A program made the translations under genes and the position numbers. The notes beneath the pieces were generated by a model. That model was not told the origin of the DNA and ran no database searches. It was given only the letters and a program-made list of their open reading frames with translations. Shown here piece by piece: positions 23,537 through 31,085 of a stretch of DNA of 36,854 nucleotides. Numbering within the stretch: position 1 is the first letter of the stretch; the number at the start of each line of letters is the position of its first letter. This DNA comes from Actinomycetota bacterium (GTDB lineage: Bacteria; Actinomycetota; Humimicrobiia; Humimicrobiales; Humimicrobiaceae), in NCBI GenBank assembly GCA_018400395.1, contig JAGYMN010000003.1, positions 1 to 36,854 of the forward strand. The letters run 5' to 3'.

Positions 23537-24162
23537 GAATAGTAATGCTGGGTGCCCCGGGTGCAGGGAAGGGGACACAGGCTACAAAGATATCTAAAAA
23601 ATTTGGCATACCCCATATTTCGACCGGCGATATTTTAAGGAGTGAAATAAATAAAGGAACAGAGATGGGGTTGAAAGCAAAGGAATATGTTGAAAGCGGT
23701 AAACTTGTTCCTGATGAATTGATTATTGATATTATAGAAGACTTCATTAAGGATGATTCCATAAAAGAGGGATTTATAATGGACGGCTTTCCGCGTAATA
23801 TAGCCCAGGCAAAAAAGTTTATTAAAATGATTGATAAGAATGATCTAAGTCTTGATAAGGTGGTAAATATAGTAGTTGACTATGATGAGGTAATTAAAAG
23901 GCTTGGCAGCAGGCGTATCTGTGTACAATGCCGTAAAATTACCAGCATTGATGAAAGTCAGGATGGGAGATGCCCTGAATGCGGCGGTAAGCTTGTTAAA
24001 AGAGAAGATGATAGAGAAGAAGTTATAAGGGAAAGATTGAATGTATATGAAGAACAGACCCGTCCCCTTATAGAATATTATAAAAACAGGGGGATTCTTG
24101 TAAATATACAGGGAAATGGCACGGAAGAGGAAGTGACTGAAAGGATATTAAATAATCTATGA
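23533..24162 (+). CDS. adk: Adenylate kinase (Zn-lid type)
   Basis: GAPGAGKGTQ, HISTGDILR, DGFPR, lid CVQC...CPEC. Confidence 0.98.
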   Translation: MRIVMLGAPGAGKGTQATKISKKFGIPHISTGDILRSEINKGTEMGLKAKEYVESGKLVPDELIIDIIEDFIKDDSIKEGFIMDGFPRNIAQAKKFIKMIDKNDLSLDKVVNIVVDYDEVIKRLGSRRICVQCRKITSIDESQDGRCPECGGKLVKREDDREEVIRERLNVYEEQTRPLIEYYKNRGILVNIQGNGTEEEVTERILNNL

Positions 24163-24923
24163 TAATTTGCAAGTCGGCTTCTGAAATTGAGATAATGAAA
24201 GAAGCCGGAAGGATAGTTGCAGAAGTTCTTTTAAAAATAGAAAAAATAATAATACCCGGGATTACAACAGCTGAAATAGACAGGCTGGCAGAGGAAGAGA
24301 TCAGGGCATACGGAGCAGTACCTGCTTTTAAAGGCTACAGGGGAAGTCTTTCCAGTAAATCTTTTCCGGGGACATTATGTATTTCCATAAATGAAGAAGT
24401 TGTCCATGGAATACCCGGAAAGGAAAAAATCAGGGATGGCGATCTTGTCTCTGTGGACATAGGGGTAAAAAAAGGCGGTTTCTACGGAGATGCAGCAAGG
24501 ACTTTCAAAATAGGGAAAACCAGCAGGATTTCTGATAGATTGTTAAAAGCCACAAAGGAAGCTCTTGATATGGCCATTGAGTTTTGTAAGGTTGGGAACA
24601 GGCTTTCAGATATATCTAACTGTATTGAAAAAAGGGCCACTACTTACGGATTTTCAGTTGTAAGAGATTTCGTTGGCCATGGCATCGGTAAGAACCTCCA
24701 TGAGGATCCGCAGATATTAAATTATGGGCCGCGCGGCCAGGGGCCGGTTTTAAAGAAGGGAATGGTTCTGGCAATAGAGCCTATGTTCAATGCAGGTAAA
24801 AGTGCAGTTTTTATCGCAGATGATATGTGGACTGTGATCACAGGGGATGGGAAACCGTCATGCCATTTTGAAGATACTGTGGCTATTACACCTGACGGGC
24901 CGGAGATACTGACCAGGTTGTAG
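24159..24923 (+). CDS. map: Type I methionine aminopeptidase
   Basis: NEEVVHGIP, GDAART, GHGIG..LHEDP, AIEPM, HFEDT. Confidence 0.98.
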   Translation: MIICKSASEIEIMKEAGRIVAEVLLKIEKIIIPGITTAEIDRLAEEEIRAYGAVPAFKGYRGSLSSKSFPGTLCISINEEVVHGIPGKEKIRDGDLVSVDIGVKKGGFYGDAARTFKIGKTSRISDRLLKATKEALDMAIEFCKVGNRLSDISNCIEKRATTYGFSVVRDFVGHGIGKNLHEDPQILNYGPRGQGPVLKKGMVLAIEPMFNAGKSAVFIADDMWTVITGDGKPSCHFEDTVAITPDGPEILTRL

Positions 24924-24932
24924 AAATTTTTA

Positions 24933-24961
24933 TGGACATATTAATTTTTTTTTGATAAACT
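24933..24961 (+). promoter_or_regulatory. Putative promoter for infA-rpmJ-alpha operon
   Basis: TGGACA (24933-24938), 17-nt spacer, extended -10 TGaTAAACT (24953-24961). Confidence 0.6.
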
Positions 24962-25010
24962 GCAAATTTGCGCTAATTTAGAATATTCATAAAATGGCAG
25001 GAGATATAAA

Positions 25011-25232
25011 ATTTCTAAAAAAGAAGGAATAATAGAAGCTGAGGGCACTATTCTGGAAGCTCTTCCCAATGCTATGTTCAGAGTAGAACTCGAAAATGGC
25101 CATAAGGTACTGGCTCACATTTCAGGGAAGATGCGTATGCATTATATAAAAATACTGCCCGGAGATAAGGTAACAGTAGAAATATCGCCATACGACCTTT
25201 CCAGAGGAAGAATAACATACAGGAAGAAATAA
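25011..25232 (+). CDS. infA: Translation initiation factor IF-1 (not in ORF track; apparent ATT start)
   Basis: Manual translation: (ATT)[72 protein letters not shown], 73 aa; SD AGGAG 7 nt before ATT; in-frame TAA at 24990. Confidence 0.97.
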   Translation: MSKKEGIIEAEGTILEALPNAMFRVELENGHKVLAHISGKMRMHYIKILPGDKVTVEISPYDLSRGRITYRKK

Positions 25233-25285
25233 AAAGATAGATATAGCAGTATATTTAATCATATTTTGGTAAGAAGAGGAAAAAA

Positions 25286-25399
25286 ATGAAGGTAAAACCG
25301 TCAGTTAAAAGGATGTGCAAGAACTGCCGTGTAATTAAAAGAGAAGGCAGGGTAATGATTATATGCAAGAATCCCAGACATAAACAGAGACAGGGTTAG
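25286..25399 (+). CDS. rpmJ: 50S ribosomal protein bL36 (not in ORF track)
   Basis: Manual translation [37 protein letters not shown], 37 aa, C-x2-C..C..H zinc ribbon. Confidence 0.98.
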   Translation: MKVKPSVKRMCKNCRVIKREGRVMIICKNPRHKQRQG

Positions 25400-25408
25400 G
25401 AGATAGAG

Positions 25409-25789
25409 ATGGCCAGAATTGCAGGAATAGATATACCAAATGAAAAGCATATAGTTATATCGCTGACTTATATATTTGGTATCGGAAGGTCTACCGCGAG
25501 TAAGGTACTTAAAGATCTTAAAATAGAGCCTTCGACAAAAACAAAAGACCTGACAGAAGAAGAAATAGCAAGGATAAGGGAATATATAGAGAATAACCTG
25601 AAGATTGAAGGAGACCTGAGCCGTGAAGTAAGCCAGAATATAAAGAGGCTGATAGAGGTTAATTCATACAGGGGAATAATGCACAAACGCGGACTTCCGG
25701 TGAGAGGACAGAGAACCCATACAAATGCAAGGACAAGGAAGGGCCGTAAGAGAGGTGTGGGAATCAGAAAAAAAGTAAGTAGTCAGTGA
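25409..25789 (+). CDS. rpsM: 30S ribosomal protein uS13
   Basis: [28 protein letters not shown]. Confidence 0.99.
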   Translation: MARIAGIDIPNEKHIVISLTYIFGIGRSTASKVLKDLKIEPSTKTKDLTEEEIARIREYIENNLKIEGDLSREVSQNIKRLIEVNSYRGIMHKRGLPVRGQRTHTNARTRKGRKRGVGIRKKVSSQ

Positions 25790-25809
25790 AATAGATCCAG
25801 GAGGAAAAT

Positions 25810-26208
25810 TTGGCAAGAAAAACTAAGGGTTCTAAAAGGGTAAAAAGCAGGGATAAAAAGAATATTCCTTACGGTATTGCACATATCCAGTCTACTTTTA
25901 ACAATACCATTGTAAACATAACGGACCAGAGTGGAAATACAATAGCCTGGGGAAGTTCGGGCGGACAGGGTTTTAAAGGTTCCAGGAAAAGCACTCCATT
26001 TGCTGCCCAGGTAACAGCTACTGCTGTTGCGAAAAATGCACAGGAGCATGGCATGGTCAGAGTAGATGTTAGAGTAAAGGGTGTAGGCTCGGGAAGGGAA
26101 ACTGCTGTAAGGTCTCTTCAGGCAGCAGGCCTTGAGATAGGTACCATAACAGATGTTACACCGGTTCCTCACAACGGCTGCCGGCAGAGAAAAAGACGCA
26201 GGCCGTAA
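25810..26208 (+). CDS. rpsK: 30S ribosomal protein uS11
   Basis: [32 protein letters not shown]; TTG start. Confidence 0.99.
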   Translation: MARKTKGSKRVKSRDKKNIPYGIAHIQSTFNNTIVNITDQSGNTIAWGSSGGQGFKGSRKSTPFAAQVTATAVAKNAQEHGMVRVDVRVKGVGSGRETAVRSLQAAGLEIGTITDVTPVPHNGCRQRKRRRP

Positions 26209-26254
26209 AAGTGATTTATTCTTTAATATATTAAAAAATAAGGAGTTTAAATAA

Positions 26255-26881
26255 ATGTCTATGGTAAAAAGCGCAGCATGCAGACAGTGCAGACGTGAAA
26301 AAGAAAAGTTATTCTTAAAAGGTCAGAAATGTTTTTCTGATAAATGCCCGCTGGAAAGAAAACCCTATGGGCCAGGCCAGAGGGCAAAGAGAAGAGTAAT
26401 CGAGACAGAGTATTTTATTCAGTTAAGGGAAAAGCAGAAAGCAAAAAAATATTACGGTCTGCTTGAGAGACAGTTTGCGGGTTATTACAGGAGAGCAGTA
26501 AAAAAGAAGGGTATAACAGGCGAGGTTCTTCTTCAGCTTCTGGAGACAAGGCTGGATAATATTGTATACTTGATGGGGTTTGCAACTTCAAGGGCACAGG
26601 CAAGGCAACTAATAAACCACGGGCATGTAACTGTAGATGGTAATAAGGTAGATATAAGTTCATATCCAGTAAAGGAAGGTCAGGAAATAGGTATAGCTGC
26701 TTCAAGCACCGAGATAATGCCTGTAGTTGAAGCCAGAGAAACCGGTGGAACTATAAATATTCCCGACTGGCTTGAATCGGATCTCGAAAAGCTGAAAGGC
26801 AGGATTATAAAATTCCCTGAAAGGGAGGATATCCAGGCCCCGATTAATGAGCAGGTAATAATTGAACTTTATTCCAGATAA
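26255..26881 (+). CDS. rpsD: 30S ribosomal protein uS4 (Zn-binding N-terminus)
   Basis: CRQCRRE..KC..KC, QLREKQK, LETRLDN, IIELYSR. Confidence 0.99.
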   Translation: MSMVKSAACRQCRREKEKLFLKGQKCFSDKCPLERKPYGPGQRAKRRVIETEYFIQLREKQKAKKYYGLLERQFAGYYRRAVKKKGITGEVLLQLLETRLDNIVYLMGFATSRAQARQLINHGHVTVDGNKVDISSYPVKEGQEIGIAASSTEIMPVVEARETGGTINIPDWLESDLEKLKGRIIKFPEREDIQAPINEQVIIELYSR

Positions 26882-26914
26882 AAAAATTTTCTTTCTCCAG
26901 GAGGTAGATATCAA

Positions 26915-27850
26915 TTGTTAAAAATGCATAAACCCAATGTAAAAGTAAAGTCAAAGGATGATTTCCAGAGTGAGTTCATATTGGAACCGCTGGAAAGAGG
27001 CTTTGGGAATACGCTGGGCAATTCTATCAGAAGAGTTCTTCTATCTTCGATTGAAGGTGTTGGAGTTACCCGCATAAGGTTAGAAAATACAATGCATGAA
27101 TTTTCTACCATTGAAGGCATGAGGGAAGATATGATAGAATTTGCGGCAAATCTAAAAGATGTTGTGTTCAGAATGGATTCTGATGATCCATTAATATTGA
27201 AACTTGAGAAAAAGGGCCCTGCGGTGGTAAAAGCTGCAGACATAAGCCTTCCGTCAGAAGTAGAAATAGTAAATCCGGATTGCTATATCTGTACCCTGAC
27301 AAAAAAGGGGAGCATGAAAGCAGAAATAAGGATAGAAAAAGATAAGGGTTACAGGACGGCAGAAGAAAACAATATGGAAGGGGAACCTCTGGGAGTCATA
27401 CCCCTGGATACTATATTTTCTCCGGTAAAACTGGTTTCTTTCAAAGTAGGAAATACGAGAGTGGGGCAGGTAACGAATTTTGACAGACTCATAATCAATA
27501 TAAAAACCAATGGCAGCATCAAGCCGGAAGAAGCCCTGAGCCAGGCGTCAAAAATAATTAATGACTATATGGGTCTTTTAATGGATCTTTCGGATAAGAC
27601 AAATAAGGATGTGCCGATATTCGAGAAGATAGAAGAGGAAGATACAAAGCAGGAATATCCTTCAATAGAGGAACTTGAGCTGTCTGTAAGAGCATATAAT
27701 TGTCTTAAAAGGGAAGGGATCGATACGGTCGAAAAACTTCTTGAATATGCTGAGGATGACCTGCTCAACATCAGGAATTTCGGCCAGAAGTCGATCCAGG
27801 AAGTAAAAGACAAAATAAAAGAGCTTGGTCTGTCTTTTAAGAAAAAATAA
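26915..27850 (+). CDS. rpoA: RNA polymerase alpha subunit
   Basis: LEPLERGFGNTLGNSIRRVLLSS, IEELELSVRAYNCLKR, RNFGQKS; TTG start. Confidence 0.99.
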   Translation: MLKMHKPNVKVKSKDDFQSEFILEPLERGFGNTLGNSIRRVLLSSIEGVGVTRIRLENTMHEFSTIEGMREDMIEFAANLKDVVFRMDSDDPLILKLEKKGPAVVKAADISLPSEVEIVNPDCYICTLTKKGSMKAEIRIEKDKGYRTAEENNMEGEPLGVIPLDTIFSPVKLVSFKVGNTRVGQVTNFDRLIINIKTNGSIKPEEALSQASKIINDYMGLLMDLSDKTNKDVPIFEKIEEEDTKQEYPSIEELELSVRAYNCLKREGIDTVEKLLEYAEDDLLNIRNFGQKSIQEVKDKIKELGLSFKKK

Positions 27851-27867
27851 AGATTGGGAGTAGAAGC

Positions 27868-28221
27868 ATGGTTGTGCCAAAAAAAGCGAAAAAAATTGGA
27901 GGAAGCAGCAGCCACCAGAAGGCTATTATTAGAAATCTTGCCATTTCACTATTTAAAAATAAAAGGATAGTAACAACTCTGACAAGAGCAAAGCTCCTCA
28001 GGAGCATGGTCGATAAATTGATTGGAATAGCCAGAAATGATAACCTGGCTTCCAGAAGGGAATGCATAAGCTTACTCGGAAACACAGATGCTGTAAGAAT
28101 TTTATTCAACGAAATAGCACCGGGTATGTATAAGAAAAACAGCGGATTTGCAAGGATTGCAAGATATAAGAAGAGAAACGGAGATGGAGCCCAGCTTGTT
28201 ATAATAGAGCTTGCAGAGTAG
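27868..28221 (+). CDS. rplQ: 50S ribosomal protein bL17
   Basis: GGSSSHQKAIIRNLAISLF, IVTTLTRAK, RNGDGA..IEL. Confidence 0.97.
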   Translation: MVVPKKAKKIGGSSSHQKAIIRNLAISLFKNKRIVTTLTRAKLLRSMVDKLIGIARNDNLASRRECISLLGNTDAVRILFNEIAPGMYKKNSGFARIARYKKRNGDGAQLVIIELAE

Positions 28222-28273
28222 AAATATTGATTTTATTGTTATTTGAAAATTTAAAGATAATCAGAAACCGGTC

Positions 28274-29014
28274 ATGAATAATTATATGGCTGTAATTGAG
28301 TATGATGGAACAGACTTTAACGGGTTCCAGATTCAGCCTGAGGGAACAAGGACAGTCCAGGGCGAGTTAATTTCTGTTCTCTCAACGGTTTTTAATACCA
28401 GAGCCAGCATATGCTATGCGGGCAGGACCGATGCAGGTGTGCATGCAAAGGGGCAGGTCATAAATTTTAAAACCGGTAAGGAACTTGATCTTTTCAGGTT
28501 TAAATGGTCCATAAATAGCATGCTGCCTGATGATATTGCAGTAAGATATATAAAAAAAGTTGAAGATTCATTTGATTCAAGAAGAGATGCAAGGGAAAGA
28601 GAGTATAGTTATAATGTTGTGAATACTGATTATCATAGTGTTTTTTTAAAAAAATACAGTATTTTAATAACCGGTAAAATGGATTTGGGATCAGTAAGAA
28701 AAGCTGCAAAATTATTTGAAGGAGAACATGATTTTGCACCTTTCTCCAGTCAGAGCATAAGGGGTAGCTATACTATAAGAAAAATATTTGGCTTTTCAAT
28801 AAATATTGGAGACGGAGGACTTATTGAATTCACAATAAGGGCAAATTCATTTTTGTATAATATGGTCAGGATAATAATTGGCACCATACTTGAAGTTGGA
28901 AAAGGGGAAAGAGGGATAAGAGAGGTAAAGGAAGCCCTTTTTACGGGACAGGGGGATTTTACATCAAGTCTGGCACCTGCAAAAGGATTGTTTTTGACCC
29001 GTGTGGATTATTGA
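28274..29014 (+). CDS. truA: tRNA pseudouridine(38-40) synthase
   Basis: [43 protein letters not shown]. Confidence 0.98.
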   Translation: MNNYMAVIEYDGTDFNGFQIQPEGTRTVQGELISVLSTVFNTRASICYAGRTDAGVHAKGQVINFKTGKELDLFRFKWSINSMLPDDIAVRYIKKVEDSFDSRRDAREREYSYNVVNTDYHSVFLKKYSILITGKMDLGSVRKAAKLFEGEHDFAPFSSQSIRGSYTIRKIFGFSINIGDGGLIEFTIRANSFLYNMVRIIIGTILEVGKGERGIREVKEALFTGQGDFTSSLAPAKGLFLTRVDY

Positions 29015-29031
29015 ATTTTATGGAGGAATTT

Positions 29032-29478
29032 ATGGCAATCTTTGGGACTAAGACATTTAATTTGAAAAAAGAAGAAGTAGAGCGTAAATGGTATCTGGTT
29101 GATGCAGAAGATAAGATACTAGGAAGGCTGGCTACTGAAATAGCCAAGAAGCTAAGGGGAAAGGACAAACCTGAATTTACTCCCCATGTGGACTGCGGGG
29201 ATTATATAATTGTTATAAATGCCGAAAAGATCAGGGTAAAAGGTGCCAGTAAACTTAAAGAAAAGAAATATTATAAACACTCCGGATATGTTGGAAATAT
29301 AAAAGTTGTAAATCTGGATAATATGATCAAGAATAAACCGGAGTTTGTAATAAAAAACGCTGTAAGGGGCATGATACCGCATAATGTACTGGGAAGAATG
29401 GTAATAAAAAAGTTAAAAGTATATAAAGGGCCAGAGCATCCGCATGCGGCACAGAAACCAGAAAAAATAGATCTTTAA
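29032..29478 (+). CDS. rplM: 50S ribosomal protein uL13
   Basis: [31 protein letters not shown]; ATG 29032 after GGAGGA. Confidence 0.99.
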   Translation: MAIFGTKTFNLKKEEVERKWYLVDAEDKILGRLATEIAKKLRGKDKPEFTPHVDCGDYIIVINAEKIRVKGASKLKEKKYYKHSGYVGNIKVVNLDNMIKNKPEFVIKNAVRGMIPHNVLGRMVIKKLKVYKGPEHPHAAQKPEKIDL

Positions 29479-29491
29479 AGGAGAGTTATCA

Positions 29492-29887
29492 GTGGTAGAT
29501 AAAGTTACTTATTATTCAACGGGAAAAAGGAAGAACGCAGTAGCAAAAGTCAGGCTGGTGCCAGGTGAGGGTAAAATAACGGTTAACCAGCGGGATTACA
29601 GGGATTATTTTCACCGCGAAGCGTTGACCACGGCTATTATTGAGCCATTAAAATTGACAAATACAGATAAAGCATATGATATAATTTCAGCAATAAGGGG
29701 CGGGGGCATAACAGGGCAGGCAGATGCCTTAAAACATGGCATTTCTAATGCTCTACTGGAAATAAATGAAGAATACAGGCAGATACTCAAACCCGAAGGG
29801 TTCCTTACAAGAGACTCGAGAATGAAGGAAAGGAAAAAAGCTGGTCTTAAAAAGGCAAGGAAAAAGCCGCAATTCTCGAAGAGATAA
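29492..29887 (+). CDS. rpsI: 30S ribosomal protein uS9
   Basis: TGKRKNAVAKV, GGGITGQA, LTRDSRMKERKK..QFSKR; GTG start. Confidence 0.99.
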   Translation: MVDKVTYYSTGKRKNAVAKVRLVPGEGKITVNQRDYRDYFHREALTTAIIEPLKLTNTDKAYDIISAIRGGGITGQADALKHGISNALLEINEEYRQILKPEGFLTRDSRMKERKKAGLKKARKKPQFSKR

Positions 29888-29899
29888 ATTATATCTCTT

Positions 29900-30931
29900 A
29901 TGTATTTTCCCAGATTAAAAATAAATTTAGAAAAGATATATCATAATGCAGGTATAATTAACGACCGGTGTGCTGCTAAAGGCATATCGGTCGTCGGTGT
30001 TACAAAGTGCATGCTTGCAAATGAAATGGTCAGCCGCAGGCTTATAAAGGCCGGGGTAAATATACTCGCAGACAGCAGGCTTTTAAACATCAGAAAGTTA
30101 TCGAGGATAACAGGTAATCCGGAAAGCGTCATGATGCTGAGGACCCCGATGTCAGGGGAGATAGAGGAACTTATAAATATCTGCGGAACCAGCCTTAACA
30201 CCCAGGAAAAGACTGCAAAACTTATATCTGATGCGTGCTTAAAATATGAAAAGTTCCATAAAATAATAATAATGGTCGAGATAGATGATGAAAGGGAAGG
30301 TATCTTCCCGGAAGAAGTCCAGGGATTTTGTAAAAAGTTGATTGGGAAAAACAAATATCTGAAAATTGCTGGAATAGGTACAAATGCCCGGTGTATTAAT
30401 TCCAGCGGGCCGACCAGGAAAAGCATTGAAATACTTGTCAGCCTGAAAAATGAAATAGAGAAAGAAATGGGGCTGAAAATCGAGGTAATATCCGGAGGCA
30501 ATTCAAGTATATGGAATATGATAGATCAGGGGGATATCCCTGGTGAAGTAAATCAGGTGAGGATAGGAGAAGCAATTTTTTTGGGGCATGAGACCAGGGG
30601 TTATAGCCATATTAAGGGAACATTTCAGGACTGTTTTTTGCTGGAAACTGAAATAATAGAAGTAAAAAGAAAAAAAGGTACGCCTTATAGAATAATACTT
30701 GCACTGGGTCTTCAGGATGTGTTGCTGTCAAATCTTGTAATTCTGGACAGCAGGCTTAAACCGGCAGGACAGAGCAGTGACCATACCATGCTCGATATAA
30801 AGATGAATAGCATGGGAAGTGAAAATAAATTATCTGATTTTGAGGTGGGAAATATAATCTCTTTTAATTTGAATTATTTCGGCTTGCTATCCAGCATGAC
30901 TTCTCCTTTTGTAAAAAAAGAATTTATTTGA
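29900..30931 (+). CDS. PLP-dependent alanine/ornithine racemase family protein (Orr-like, fold type III)
   Basis: PRLKINLEKI..GVTK (PLP Lys), LADSR, LRTP, REG, GIGTN..C, ISGGNSS, RIGEAIFLG, SSDH resemble the ornithine-racemase family as I recall it. Confidence 0.85.
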   Translation: MYFPRLKINLEKIYHNAGIINDRCAAKGISVVGVTKCMLANEMVSRRLIKAGVNILADSRLLNIRKLSRITGNPESVMMLRTPMSGEIEELINICGTSLNTQEKTAKLISDACLKYEKFHKIIIMVEIDDEREGIFPEEVQGFCKKLIGKNKYLKIAGIGTNARCINSSGPTRKSIEILVSLKNEIEKEMGLKIEVISGGNSSIWNMIDQGDIPGEVNQVRIGEAIFLGHETRGYSHIKGTFQDCFLLETEIIEVKRKKGTPYRIILALGLQDVLLSNLVILDSRLKPAGQSSDHTMLDIKMNSMGSENKLSDFEVGNIISFNLNYFGLLSSMTSPFVKKEFI

Positions 30932-31085
30932 TTATTCAAGAAGGGATCTGGATGATAGGAAGTTTATTTAAAGAACTGTCTGCATGGATGACAAGAAGTT
31001 GCAGCAGCTATTATACAATTTTATATGGGCACCAGTATTCAGGTAAGGATGAATAGGTAATTATGAAATTATCCGGAGGATAAAT

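Noticed and set aside
21766-24941. Identical 11-mer TATGGACATAT after rpsE (21766) and after map (24931)
   Set aside because: Only the second copy has a properly spaced -10; one 11-mer match in 37 kb of AT-rich sequence is expected by chance
30932-31085. glmS ribozyme upstream of glmS
   Set aside because: The conserved core (AGCGCC cleavage site, GACGAGG) is not present; an Infernal search with the Rfam glmS model would settle it
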